Shown: piece after piece, positions 32,265-41,495 of the stretch
Layout of the letters: each line of letters opens with the position of its first letter
Numbering within the stretch: the stretch's first letter is position 1
Origin: a virus
Taxonomy: Duplodnaviria > Heunggongvirae > Uroviricota > Caudoviricetes
Length of the DNA: 49,497 bases
Strand: one strand, 5' to 3'
Virus record (IMG/VR): IMGVR_UViG_2660238070_000012
Location: 1-49,497 of that record
Made by a program: the position numbers and the translations under genes
The notes under the pieces: generated by a model
Seen by the model: only the letters and a program-made list of their open reading frames with translations
Databases searched by the model: none
Told to the model about the DNA's origin: nothing

Positions 32265-32588
32265 ATGGAAGCATTAGTAGTAGAGCGAAGCGAGGATGGC
32301 TACTGGACGCACCCAGAATACGCCAACCTGTTTGGGGATAGAGAGGTAATTTCAGTTGATGAGTTCAGATCTTTCTGCAAGCAGCATGGCATTGAATCAT
32401 CAATTGTTGAAATGGAAAACGACAACAATCAAACGGTAATTGACGCGTATTTTGAAGATGGGAATCCAAACATCAGTGGATGGGAGCCAAGCATGCCAGA
32501 TGGAGAAGGATGGTTTGTCGGTTCGATTCACGATACAGAAGACGGTCCGATCTGCGTTTGGTTCAGAAATGTAGATAAGGCCGCATAG
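32265..32588 (+). CDS. Hypothetical acidic protein (early-left accessory gene)
   Basis: 107 aa, rich in Asp/Glu. Located where lambda carries ral/sieB. RBS GAGGTGAG upstream. Confidence 0.55.
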   Translation: MEALVVERSEDGYWTHPEYANLFGDREVISVDEFRSFCKQHGIESSIVEMENDNNQTVIDAYFEDGNPNISGWEPSMPDGEGWFVGSIHDTEDGPICVWFRNVDKAA

Positions 32589-32605
32589 TCGGCCTTTATT
32601 TTTGG
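32577..32605 (+). terminator. Candidate intrinsic terminator within the PL operon
   Basis: Hairpin AGGCCG-CATAGT-CGGCCT overlapping the stop codon, followed by TTATTTTTGG. Confidence 0.45.
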
Positions 32606-32625
32606 CACAAACAACAGAGGCTAAC

Positions 32626-32922
32626 ATGGAATTTAAAGGTACTGAAGGTAAGTGGGAAATAATGATGGATGGCGATGAGATTAAAATCATCCAGGCAGAC
32701 TCACTTGAAAATGGCGCAGGCTGGCGTTCGTATATTGCAATCTGTGAGGAAGTTCAATGGATTGAAGATGCCAATCTAATAGCGGCAGCACCTGACCTTC
32801 TCGAAGCACTTCAGTTATTACTTAAGCAAACCAAAAATAGAACAACGACAACATATCCAGAATGGTATGGAGCTGTTAATAATGGTCTTGCAGCAATCAG
32901 AAAAGCTCTTGGGGAAGAATGA
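32626..32922 (+). CDS. Hypothetical acidic protein
   Basis: 98 aa from the ATG at 32626 with AGAGG RBS. The listed 32602 start is TTG and overlaps the terminator. Confidence 0.55.
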   Translation: MEFKGTEGKWEIMMDGDEIKIIQADSLENGAGWRSYIAICEEVQWIEDANLIAAAPDLLEALQLLLKQTKNRTTTTYPEWYGAVNNGLAAIRKALGEE

Positions 32923-33080
32923 TGAATAAGAAATACATCGTTGAAGTTATAGAGCGAGAAACGAAAGAAGTAATTAAACATTTCGAATTTGATAATTATA
33001 GAAAAGCTGACCGCGTAGAAGAGGGATTGTTGCGACAAAGTAATCTCGAAAAATTTGATGTTGTCATGCGATGCGAATAA
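32922..33080 (+). CDS. Hypothetical small protein
   Basis: 52-aa ORF (MNKKYIVEVIERETKEVIKHFEFDNYRKADRVEEGLLRQSNLEKFDVVMRCE) with ATGA overlap to the upstream gene. Below the ORF-track size cutoff. Confidence 0.4.
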   Translation: MNKKYIVEVIERETKEVIKHFEFDNYRKADRVEEGLLRQSNLEKFDVVMRCE

Positions 33081-33263
33081 GCACCTATAGCAGATTTGCG
33101 AGTCTGCTATGTGAGCAATGTCGCTCGTAACTAAACAGGAGCCGACTTGTTCTGATTATTGGAAATCTTCTTTGCCCTCCAGTGTGAGGGCTTTTTTATA
33201 TGCATACCAATAACGCTTCACTCGAGGCGTTTTCGTTATGCAATCAAACAGAAGGAGCATCCT

Positions 33264-33434
33264 ATGCAACAGTTCGCTATTGCAGGGGCGGCATCGGTTC
33301 GCCCTTTCAACCCGATTTTATCGGTACAGCATTCACGAAAAAATATTTTAACCGGAGCAGACTTTAAACAACCAAGAATGAAAAGTTTGCTCGAAAAGCT
33401 TTGGGATATTTTGAAACAACAAGGCCGTCCATGA
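33264..33434 (+). CDS. CIII-like protein (possible FtsH inhibitor)
   Basis: 56 aa from the ATG at 33264 with AAGGAG RBS: MQQFAIAGAASV...KSLLEKLWDILKQQGRP. Resembles recalled lambda CIII (MQYAIAG...ESLLERITRKLRDGWKRLIDILNQPG) in the N-terminus and amphipathic helix. Confidence 0.5.
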   Translation: MQQFAIAGAASVRPFNPILSVQHSRKNILTGADFKQPRMKSLLEKLWDILKQQGRP

Positions 33435-33515
33435 GTTTTACAGATAACTGGTCAGACGAAGAATTCATTCGTCAGATGAAAGAAATGCTCAATCAGCACA
33501 AAGAACAGGAGAAAG

Positions 33516-33827
33516 ATGATGATTCTGACTCTGAATGATAAGCGTGAAATATCGCAAATTATCGCAAGTTTTACTGATGAAGATTACGAGCGAATCAACA
33601 GTGAAGTTGATCGCCTCTGCAAACGTTGCGACCCAATAAGCGAAATGCTTCGCTCATATAAACCAGATGAACACACTAAGGACGCTATCGACTGGCTGGA
33701 AGATGATGACTGTGACTATCAGGAAAAAGCCGCTGAATGGTTCTGGGATGCAATAACCGAAAGAGTTAAGGCTGAATATGCCTTCGCAATATTCAAGCGC
33801 AGACACATTTTTGGAGAAGCAGCATGA
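33516..33827 (+). CDS. Hypothetical protein
   Basis: 103-aa acidic ORF immediately upstream of recT. Confidence 0.5.
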   Translation: MMILTLNDKREISQIIASFTDEDYERINSEVDRLCKRCDPISEMLRSYKPDEHTKDAIDWLEDDDCDYQEKAAEWFWDAITERVKAEYAFAIFKRRHIFGEAA

Positions 33828-34735
33828 GCAATATCGTTGAATTCGTTAAACAGCAGGAGCAGTTATTCTGCGGAGCATTGACTGAACAGACGGTGACATG
33901 GGCTAAGGAAAGCCAGTTTGCAATTCAGTATTTCCAGAAAAACGATTACCTGGCTAAAACAGCACTGGCAAATCCAACCAGCGCACAGAACGCCATCATC
34001 AATGTTGCGGCGATCGGCATCACCTTAAACCCGGCCAGCAAACTGGCTTATCTGGTTCCTCGCGACGGCATGGTGTGCCTTGATATCAGTTATATGGGAT
34101 TGCTCCATATTGCAATGGAGTCTGGTGTTATCTCATGGGGTCAGGCAAAACTTGTTCATGCTAACGATACCTATGAGTCAAACGGGCTTGATAAAGCACC
34201 AACCCATAAATACAACGCCTTCGGTGATCGTGGTGATATCGTTGGCGTTTACTGCACAGTTAAGACGCCAGCAGGTGATTATCTAACGGAAGAGATGAGT
34301 CTGGCTGAAATTGAGGCTGTAAGGAAAACAAGCAAGGCGGCATTCAGCGATAAAGGACCATGGGTAAATCACTGGAATGAGATGGCGCGAAAGACGGTCG
34401 TAAAGCGTGCAAGCAAGTATTGGCCTAAGGCATCACGTCTTGATAGTGCTATTCACGTACTAAACGAAGAAGAAGGTGTGTGGACTGAACCAGTTATGCC
34501 GCACAAATCAGAGGAAGATATCCGCGAAGATGAACGGAAACGCCAGCAGGAAATAATGGAAAAAGCACAACTTCTTTGTGATGAAATGGCTCAGGCTGAA
34601 AAAATGGATGATTTGAAGAGATATTTTGCAGAAGCATATCGCCTGACATCTGGAATGAAATTGCAGCAGAACATACAAGCCATTTACATAGAATGCAAAG
34701 CGAAACTGGAGGTTGCCAGTGAGCAAACTGTATGA
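33824..34735 (+). CDS. recT: Recombinase RecT (single-strand annealing protein)
   Basis: 303 aa with RecT-family pattern (conserved central region ...GLLHIAMESGVISWGQAKLVHANDTYE...). Occupies the bet/erf position. Confidence 0.8.
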   Translation: MSNIVEFVKQQEQLFCGALTEQTVTWAKESQFAIQYFQKNDYLAKTALANPTSAQNAIINVAAIGITLNPASKLAYLVPRDGMVCLDISYMGLLHIAMESGVISWGQAKLVHANDTYESNGLDKAPTHKYNAFGDRGDIVGVYCTVKTPAGDYLTEEMSLAEIEAVRKTSKAAFSDKGPWVNHWNEMARKTVVKRASKYWPKASRLDSAIHVLNEEEGVWTEPVMPHKSEEDIREDERKRQQEIMEKAQLLCDEMAQAEKMDDLKRYFAEAYRLTSGMKLQQNIQAIYIECKAKLEVASEQTV

Positions 34736-35201
34736 AATAGCCAATGAATACGCAAAATTGATGGATTCAGATTTAGAACCAGAGATGATTGCTGACACAA
34801 TAGAAGGCATGGAAGGAGAATTTACCGATAAAATAGAGCAACTTCTTTCCGTCATTAAAAATGAATCTGGTTATGCTGAACGCCTCAAGGAAGAGGCAAA
34901 GTCACTTAATGAGCGAGCCGCAGTAATCCAAAATAAGATTGACAGCATCAAATCATATATAGCGTCATCGCTTGAAATGGTTGGCAAGAAAAATATTCGA
35001 GCAGGTATTCACCAGGTAACAATCCGCAAACCGTCAGAAATTGTAGAAATAATCGACTCAAGCGCCCTTCCTCCTGAATACGTTGAGTTTGAAACGACAA
35101 TTAAAGCCGACAAACTGGCAATCAAACACCAACTAAAAGCAGGAATAAATATCCCCGGCGCTCAACTCAAAGTTGGGAAACCTTCACTTCTTATCAAATA
35201 A
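34713..35201 (+). CDS. Hypothetical protein downstream of recT (siphovirus Gp157-like?)
   Basis: 162-aa coiled-coil-rich ORF overlapping the recT 3' end. Family assignment tentative. Not an exonuclease by size or motifs. Confidence 0.45.
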   Translation: MPVSKLYEIANEYAKLMDSDLEPEMIADTIEGMEGEFTDKIEQLLSVIKNESGYAERLKEEAKSLNERAAVIQNKIDSIKSYIASSLEMVGKKNIRAGIHQVTIRKPSEIVEIIDSSALPPEYVEFETTIKADKLAIKHQLKAGINIPGAQLKVGKPSLLIK

Positions 35202-35212
35202 CGGTATCGCCT

Positions 35213-35527
35213 ATGAAAAAGACTCCATGGGAGAAATGGGAAGTCGATTTCTTGCGCGAGGTAGCGGCGACAATGCCAGTTGAAGTTATCGCAGAAAAAC
35301 TGGAAAGGACTGAAAAAGCAGTAATGGCGAAAGCAACAAGGATTGGCGCTGACATTGTTAGCCGACTTCGTGGAAGACGCTGGACAAGAGCCGAAGTATC
35401 ACTTTTCGGTAAGTTCTCCGCAGAAGAAATAGCAATTGCAACCTGCCGCTCAATTTATTCAGTAAGAGCTATGCGATACAAGCTAAAAAAACTCGATGAA
35501 GAAAGATCAGGCATACGAATAAATTAA
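35213..35527 (+). CDS. Hypothetical protein with internally duplicated helical motif
   Basis: 104 aa. Two similar segments (W..E..FLREVA...IAEKLERTEKAV.AKA.RIG and WTRAEVSLFGKFSAEEIAIATCRS..SVRAMRYKL) suggest a tandem DNA-binding fold. Confidence 0.45.
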   Translation: MKKTPWEKWEVDFLREVAATMPVEVIAEKLERTEKAVMAKATRIGADIVSRLRGRRWTRAEVSLFGKFSAEEIAIATCRSIYSVRAMRYKLKKLDEERSGIRIN

Positions 35528-35543
35528 CATGGAATAATTAACA

Positions 35544-35825
35544 ATGAAGCTAAACATCGACCTCGGAAAATACGTTATTACCGGAACCAAACACGACCTG
35601 ATTCTTAGCGAAAGAGGAATTATCAAAGAAGGCGAGAATGCAGGGAAAGAAACACTAAGTCGTATCGGTTATTACAGCAAGTTTGAGCATCTGGTTAAAG
35701 AGTTATGCAACCGTGAAATCCTGTTATCTCAGGCGCAGACGCTACAGGATATTCAGCAGCATATCGAGACTTTAGGTGTATCACTTAGCATGGCTGTTGA
35801 CCAGTTCATGGAGAGTAAATCATGA
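35544..35825 (+). CDS. Hypothetical protein
   Basis: 93-aa ORF in the early-left operon. Confidence 0.45.
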   Translation: MKLNIDLGKYVITGTKHDLILSERGIIKEGENAGKETLSRIGYYSKFEHLVKELCNREILLSQAQTLQDIQQHIETLGVSLSMAVDQFMESKS

Positions 35826-35989
35826 GAGGACTTGCATACAATCCCGGCATTCTTCCGGCAGAAATGATTATTCGCCAACGCGTAAAGCCAATGCCATCGA
35901 GAGAGGAATTGCTTAAGCGAAACTCGTTTCCATCAGTGAATCAGAACAAATATCTGAATGCGATGTGGCGTAAAGGAGGCAAACAGTGA
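35822..35989 (+). CDS. Hypothetical small protein
   Basis: 55-aa ORF ([55 protein letters not shown]) with ATGA coupling upstream. Below the ORF-track cutoff. Confidence 0.4.
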   Translation: MRGLAYNPGILPAEMIIRQRVKPMPSREELLKRNSFPSVNQNKYLNAMWRKGGKQ

Positions 35990-36234
35990 GCAATTCAGCA
36001 CGACTACAGCTTGGTTTTTCACCGCTATCAAAAACAATCGTGTTGGCAAAAATGCGTGACTTAGGGGATGGAACAAAACGTCGTGTCGGCAATGATCGCG
36101 GTCGCGATGTAACCAACGAGGCCGCACAACTCGTTTGGCATCTAGTCATGGCTGAAGGCGGTGAAATTAATTGGGAGCTGGATGATGGTTCTCGCATGGT
36201 ATTGAAGGCAGAAAAGCAGGAGCCTCCACAGTGA
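35986..36234 (+). CDS. Hypothetical protein
   Basis: 82-aa ORF with GTG start overlapping the upstream stop. Confidence 0.4.
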   Translation: MSNSARLQLGFSPLSKTIVLAKMRDLGDGTKRRVGNDRGRDVTNEAAQLVWHLVMAEGGEINWELDDGSRMVLKAEKQEPPQ

Positions 36235-36506
36235 ATATCGACACCACGATAACGATCGATACGGCCCTAAATACCGGACTGGCACTTCTCGGTTGGCTTT
36301 ACATCATGTCCAGTACATGGCGATGGCTGGGTTCCATTTTCCTAAAACAGTGGAAAAAACGGCGCAAACAGGAACTACGCCAGAAGGCATTAGAAGCGTT
36401 CTATGACGCATTTGAACTTAGCCGCATAGAACCAGGCACAACAGCCAGGATAGCGACAAAAGGCGACCTGATGATAGTGATGTTCAGACAGGAGAAAACA
36501 AAATGA
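36231..36506 (+). CDS. Hypothetical small membrane protein
   Basis: 91 aa with GTG start. One TM helix (LALLGWLYIMSSTW) followed by a basic segment (KQWKKRRKQELRQK). Confidence 0.45.
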   Translation: MNIDTTITIDTALNTGLALLGWLYIMSSTWRWLGSIFLKQWKKRRKQELRQKALEAFYDAFELSRIEPGTTARIATKGDLMIVMFRQEKTK

Positions 36507-36727
36507 CAGAACAGACGATGACAAATCGCGAACTTGTTGATGCCGCGATTGAACTTGCTGGCGATTTTTATTCCATGATGGGTTACGAGCATCGACCTGG
36601 TTTTAAGTATTGGGAGTCACCGCATCCGCAAGAACAACAGGTGTTTGAAATGGCTTGCCGTGCTTTTGAGGTTATTCGCGGTTCTGATGTGATGGACGCC
36701 GTTGCCGACTTGGAGGATGAAGAGTGA
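36503..36727 (+). CDS. Hypothetical protein
   Basis: 74-aa acidic ORF, coupled. Confidence 0.45.
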   Translation: MTEQTMTNRELVDAAIELAGDFYSMMGYEHRPGFKYWESPHPQEQQVFEMACRAFEVIRGSDVMDAVADLEDEE

Positions 36728-37353
36728 GCGAGATTAACTATCAGGCACTGCGTGAAAAGGCAGAAAAAGCAACGTGGGGAGACTGGGACTCATATAAACC
36801 ACACCGTGGCGCACGTGGTTATAAGGTCCGACTAAGTGGTCAGGCCATTGCGCAACACGTTCTGAAAAACAACGCTGAATTTATTGCTGCCTTTAATCCA
36901 AAGGTTGCTTTGGCATTACTGGATGAACTGGAAAGAAACCAGCAATACATCAAACGCCGTGACCAGGAGAACGAGGATATTGCGCTAACGGTAGGGAAGC
37001 TGCGTGTTGAGCTGGAAGCCGCAGAGAAGCGCAACGCAAAATTACAAAGCGAGAATGCATACATCCGCAACCGGTACAAAGAACTGGACCTGTTAATCGG
37101 GAAAAACATTCTGGTCATGCAGGCTGCGATTATCGAATGGCAGGCAACTGGCGACGCTAAGAGCGGACTGGCATGGATTTATAACACACTGTTTGGCCCA
37201 GGCGAATTGCCGGACGAATCTGAGAAAGATGCTCAGGCCTACTTTAATCGCAAATATGCACCGATTGACGAAAAGCTTATGGAGCTTCACAAGTGGTTTT
37301 GGGAACAAAGTAAAGCCGAGCGCGCCGCTGGCATTCGCATCAAAGGAGAGTGA
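36724..37353 (+). CDS. Ead/Ea22-like coiled-coil protein
   Basis: 209 aa with central coiled coil (KRRDQENEDIALTVGKLRVELEAAEKRNAKLQSENAYIRNRYKELDLLIGKN). Position corresponds to the lambda ea22 region. Confidence 0.6.
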   Translation: MSEINYQALREKAEKATWGDWDSYKPHRGARGYKVRLSGQAIAQHVLKNNAEFIAAFNPKVALALLDELERNQQYIKRRDQENEDIALTVGKLRVELEAAEKRNAKLQSENAYIRNRYKELDLLIGKNILVMQAAIIEWQATGDAKSGLAWIYNTLFGPGELPDESEKDAQAYFNRKYAPIDEKLMELHKWFWEQSKAERAAGIRIKGE

Positions 37354-37491
37354 GGATGTTCAATAATTTGCCTGGTACTGGTTTTTTCGTTGTTTTCGGT
37401 GTCATTTGCGCCGTTATTGGCTGGGCAGTTATTGAGTCCATTCTTTGGCTGCTTTCTTTCATTCACATAACTATTGGTTGAGAACTGATCC

Positions 37492-38346
37492 ATGACCACT
37501 TTAACCGACAAAGAACTGATTAAAGAAATCAAAGAGCGAATCGGTAGCCTGGACGTGCGAGACAATATTGAGCGTCGGGCTTATGAAATTGCTCTGGCAT
37601 CGCTGGAAGCAGAGGCAGTTATGTTCTGTATATCAGGACAAAATGTAGATTCAGAAGAACATGTATCAACCAGCAAAGCGGTTGTTGATGCCTGGGTTGA
37701 AGAATGGAATCAGGTTGACGGAAGTCCTGGCGAACCACTGTACAAAACTATGCCACTCTACTATCACGCTGCCTTGCCAGCGCCGGTAGTGCCGGAAGAA
37801 GCAACTCCGGAAAACGTAGAAATGCTCTCTGGCTATGTTTCCACGTACAAATTAACCGATAGCGAGCGCGATATTGCTGCCGAAATATGGAACGCCTGCC
37901 GCGCCACCATGCTTCATGGTGCCGAACCTGCAAGTAATCATGAAGAGTTGCCACTTGATTATCTCCAAGGTCAAAAAGATGGTCTTGAATGGGCTGCGCA
38001 GCTTGCAGAAGCAAATCACCCACAAACTGGCGACTGGCTTTACGATGACCCGCTGGAGCTGGCTAAAGCTATCAGAAAAGGTCCTGACATGCCCGAATTC
38101 GATGGACCAACTCCGGTAACTCTGGATGGTTGGATAAGCTGTAGTGAGCGAATGCCTGAGAACATTCCCGGAAGTTGTAAAGAGTATCTGGTGTTTGATG
38201 GGCTTAATAATAAAGTTCATCACGATTACTGGGTTGTCCCTGATGGAGACAGTGCGCCAGTTGCGTCGTTCTGGAATCATTACGGGGCACATGTAACTCA
38301 CTGGATGCCTCTACCAGAACCGCCGAAGGAGGTTAACCGTGGCTAA
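37492..38346 (+). CDS. Hypothetical protein with DUF551-like C-terminal domain
   Basis: 284 aa. C-terminal WISCSERMPE...HHDYWVVPDG...HVTHWMPLPEPP pattern typical of DUF551-containing phage proteins. Confidence 0.55.
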   Translation: MTTLTDKELIKEIKERIGSLDVRDNIERRAYEIALASLEAEAVMFCISGQNVDSEEHVSTSKAVVDAWVEEWNQVDGSPGEPLYKTMPLYYHAALPAPVVPEEATPENVEMLSGYVSTYKLTDSERDIAAEIWNACRATMLHGAEPASNHEELPLDYLQGQKDGLEWAAQLAEANHPQTGDWLYDDPLELAKAIRKGPDMPEFDGPTPVTLDGWISCSERMPENIPGSCKEYLVFDGLNNKVHHDYWVVPDGDSAPVASFWNHYGAHVTHWMPLPEPPKEVNRG

Positions 38347-38623
38347 CCTGCAACTTGCCGTTAAAGGTGAATACTTCGATGCCATGATTCGCGGGGAGAA
38401 AACGGAAGAGTATCGCCTGTGTAATGACTACTGGAATAAGCGCCTCGTTAACCGTAAGTATTACCGCCTGATTATCACAAAGGGATATCCGAAGCGCGAA
38501 GACTTCAGTCGCAGAATTGACGTCCCGTATAACGGATATGAAATAAAGACAATCACACATCCGCACTTCGGTGATAAACCGGTAAAGGTGTTCGCGATAA
38601 AGGTAAATATCGGCAATAAATAA
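38339..38623 (+). CDS. Hypothetical protein (ASCH/PUA-like?)
   Basis: 94 aa with GTG start. GEYFDAMIRGEKTEEYR...YYRLIITKGYP resembles ASCH-domain proteins. Confidence 0.45.
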   Translation: MANLQLAVKGEYFDAMIRGEKTEEYRLCNDYWNKRLVNRKYYRLIITKGYPKREDFSRRIDVPYNGYEIKTITHPHFGDKPVKVFAIKVNIGNK

Positions 38624-38695
38624 CAATCCTCGCACTCGCGGGGATTTCTTTTATCTGAACTCGCTACGGCGGGTTTTGTTTTATGGAGATGATAA

Positions 38696-38914
38696 ATGTA
38701 CTTCCGGGTCACAGGTGAATGGAATGGAGAGCCATTCAACAGAGTTATCGAAGCAGAGAACATCAATGACTGCTATGACCACTGGATGCTGTGGGCGCAG
38801 ATAGCACATGCAGACGTAACCAATATTCGAATTGAAGAACTGAAAAACACCAAGCCGCCTGATGGCGGTTTTTTATTGCCTGATTTGCAGGTTCGATTCC
38901 CTATTCGGAGATAG
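38696..38914 (+). CDS. Hypothetical protein
   Basis: 72-aa ORF immediately upstream of xis. Confidence 0.45.
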   Translation: MYFRVTGEWNGEPFNRVIEAENINDCYDHWMLWAQIAHADVTNIRIEELKNTKPPDGGFLLPDLQVRFPIRR

Positions 38915-38919
38915 CACTC

Positions 38920-39120
38920 ATGCAACACGAACTACAACCTGATTCACTGGTTGATTTGAAATTCATCATGGCTGATACTGGCTTTGGTAAGACCTTCATC
39001 TATGACCGGATTAAGTCCGGAGACCTGCCTAAAGCCAAAGTTATCCACGGGCGAGCAAGATGGTTATATCGTGACCATTGTGAATTCAAAAATAAGCTCT
39101 TAAGCCGCGCCAATGGGTAA
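38920..39120 (+). CDS. xis: Excisionase / AlpA-family DNA-binding protein
   Basis: 66 aa, small HTH protein (LKFIMADTGFGKTFIYDRIKSGDLPKAKVIHGRARW) directly upstream of the integrase. Confidence 0.75.
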   Translation: MQHELQPDSLVDLKFIMADTGFGKTFIYDRIKSGDLPKAKVIHGRARWLYRDHCEFKNKLLSRANG

Positions 39121-39368
39121 AATAGCGGGTAAAATATTTTTCACATCTAAAAAACACCATTCCAATCAATCCCCTGCCGCCTCAAGTAGATGTCTGCAGG
39201 GGACACCATGAACACTTCTCACTAAGTTCAATTAATTCCATAACTCACTGTTTTAACTGATATCATCTCCTTATACTCGTCCAGCAAAGTACCATTATTT
39301 CTAATGGAATCTATACATCTTTGCGTATAACATTGTGTATAACTGAGTTCGATCTTTTTTCTATACAC

Positions 39369-40544
39369 ATGCTGCTATCTGACATCCAAATAAAAAGAGC
39401 AAAACCGAAGGACAAACCCTATACGCTTAACGATGGTATGGGGCTATCACTCCTGATCGACACAGCGGGCAGTAAAGGCTGGCGTTTTCGCTATCGCTTT
39501 GCAGGTAAGCCTAAGATGATTTCCTTTGGCGTATATGGCGATGTGTCGTTGGCACAGGCACGTACCAAACGTGATGAAGCGCGTTCGATGTTAGCCAACG
39601 GGATAAACCCAAGTGAAGCCAGAAAAGCAGATAAGATTGCTTTGCAGTTCGCGCATGAGAACAGCTTTGAGTCTGTGGCCAGAGAATGGCACTCATCGAA
39701 AAAAGCCACCTGGTCAGAGGGTTATGCAAAAGAGGTTCTCAATTGTATGGAAAAGGATATTTTTCCTTTTATCGGCCAGCGCCCAATTGAGCAGATTGAA
39801 CCATTAGAACTGCTAACCGTCCTGCAAAAAATAGAGAAAAGAGGTGCGCTAGAGCAAACCAGTAAGATCCGCCGCCGCTGTGGTGAAGTGCTTCGTTATG
39901 CTGTTGCCACTGGTAGAGCAAAGTATAATTTTGCACCCGATTTAGCTATCGCACTCAACAAACCTAAAACCCAACACTTCCCGTTCCTGACTGAAAGCGA
40001 GTTGCCCGAGTTCGTTAATGCTCTGGATAACTATCAGGGCAGTTTAGTTACCAAATACGCCACGCAGCTGTTGATGCTAACAGGCGTGCGAACAATTGAA
40101 CTACGTGCAGCGGAATGGGCTGAGTTTGATTTAGATAATGCCTTATGGGAGATCCCCAAAGAACGGATGAAGAAACGCCGCCCCCATCTGGTTCCGTTAT
40201 CAACTCAGGCGATCAATATCCTGAAAAAGCTGCAAGAAATAACAGGGAATTACAGCCTCGTTTTCCCTGGCCGGAATGACGTCAGTAAACCAATGAGCGA
40301 AGCCAGCATCAACAAAGTGATAAAACTACTGGGTTATCACGGTCGGTTAACGGGTCACGGTTTCAGGCATACCATGAGCACCATCTTGCATGAGCATGGG
40401 TTTGAAAGTGCCTGGATTGAAATGCAGCTTGCGCATGTTGATAAGAACTCTATTCGAGGTACTTACAATCATGCGCAATATATTAAAGATCGACAAGTAA
40501 TGATGGAATGGTACGCTAGCTTATTAAATACGACCTGCTATTAA
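39369..40544 (+). CDS. int: Tyrosine recombinase / phage integrase, P4/IntA-like family
   Basis: 391 aa from the ATG at 39369 (MLLSDIQIKRAKPKDKPYTLNDGMGLSL...). C-terminal GHGFRH...RGTYNHAQY catalytic region. Paralogous to the integrase at 1-1158. Confidence 0.9.
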   Translation: MLLSDIQIKRAKPKDKPYTLNDGMGLSLLIDTAGSKGWRFRYRFAGKPKMISFGVYGDVSLAQARTKRDEARSMLANGINPSEARKADKIALQFAHENSFESVAREWHSSKKATWSEGYAKEVLNCMEKDIFPFIGQRPIEQIEPLELLTVLQKIEKRGALEQTSKIRRRCGEVLRYAVATGRAKYNFAPDLAIALNKPKTQHFPFLTESELPEFVNALDNYQGSLVTKYATQLLMLTGVRTIELRAAEWAEFDLDNALWEIPKERMKKRRPHLVPLSTQAINILKKLQEITGNYSLVFPGRNDVSKPMSEASINKVIKLLGYHGRLTGHGFRHTMSTILHEHGFESAWIEMQLAHVDKNSIRGTYNHAQYIKDRQVMMEWYASLLNTTCY

Positions 40545-41474
40545 ATCCAGCATGAAACAAATATGGTGAGTAATTTGATACTGTTTGTTTTTTGGCAACC
40601 CAGGGAAATGCCTTACAGTTGGTTGACTATTGTAATAATAATAGTTAAGACCAATGTTGCTGCCAAACTGGGTTGGATGTTGGGGAACAAGATTTGTAAT
40701 TTGATCTGAAACATCTAAAAATTTTGCAGTAACATTTGAACTTCCTCGTTGCGTGTTGCTTGATACAAAATGACGAATCCAAACTGTATTCGCTTGTAAA
40801 TTCTTGAACACCAAATGTGCGGCAACAGCAGAAGGTTGACCACCTCCAAGATCTAGTACCTGGCCAGTAATTGTATAATCGCCAAATCCTAAGTAATTTT
40901 GTCCCACGAATTGATGTGCGTGCGTGAAAAGTTCCGGCCCATTATAATCAGCATTTTTTGCTAACTTTCTAAAGTTATCGCTAATAATAATTAACTTCGA
41001 CAAAGGAAGAAGAGCGCACTGATTAGGAAGCATTTTATTATTTAAAACAACATGATAACTAATCAATTGATTTGTCGCCAACAACTGAATATCAGAGTTG
41101 GATAATGATGGATTATCATATAGAAGTGCAACTCGTCTATTTAAGTTAGCATTCAACCAATTATTAATATCATTAATCGTTGTATTGGGCTGAATAAGAT
41201 ATCCAGAGATGATATTATTTTTATTTGTTAATACACTTGATAAATTTTGATTTAAAGTTAAGACGTTATTGTGTGAAGAAAAATCTTCCTGATAAGGATT
41301 AAGGATAACAATTATGTCAGAATTCCAAACATTTAAACATGTTAATAAATTTCTCGTATTGACGTTAATTGGTTCTAAAATTGGTAGCAGACCATTTAGG
41401 CTAACTCCCTTCGCAACGAGGTCCCTAAGGCATAATAACTCTGTACTTCTCGCATACAAATATGGGCTATACAT
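40524..41474 (-). CDS. Hypothetical protein, second gene of an AT-rich two-gene cassette
   Basis: 316 aa, Asn/Leu/Ile-rich. Low-GC codon usage unlike the flanking prophage. 3' end overlaps the integrase stop by 21 bp convergently. Confidence 0.65.
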   Translation of the reverse strand: MYSPYLYARSTELLCLRDLVAKGVSLNGLLPILEPINVNTRNLLTCLNVWNSDIIVILNPYQEDFSSHNNVLTLNQNLSSVLTNKNNIISGYLIQPNTTINDINNWLNANLNRRVALLYDNPSLSNSDIQLLATNQLISYHVVLNNKMLPNQCALLPLSKLIIISDNFRKLAKNADYNGPELFTHAHQFVGQNYLGFGDYTITGQVLDLGGGQPSAVAAHLVFKNLQANTVWIRHFVSSNTQRGSSNVTAKFLDVSDQITNLVPQHPTQFGSNIGLNYYYYNSQPTVRHFPGLPKNKQYQITHHICFMLDLIAGRI

Positions 41475-41495
41475 AACTTACAACTCCTGAGGATA

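Noticed and set aside
38886-38910. tRNA-like GGTTCGATTCC motif that could mark an att core
   Set aside because: Flanking sequence does not form a T-stem or acceptor stem, and the motif lies inside a coding ORF upstream of xis, not at a prophage boundary.
39321-39368. Upstream extension of the prophage integrase (MRITLCITEFDLFSIH...)
   Set aside because: The paralogous integrase begins at the equivalent of the Met at 39369 (MLTVKQIEAAKPKEK versus MLLSDIQIKRAKPKDK), and the extension has no counterpart.
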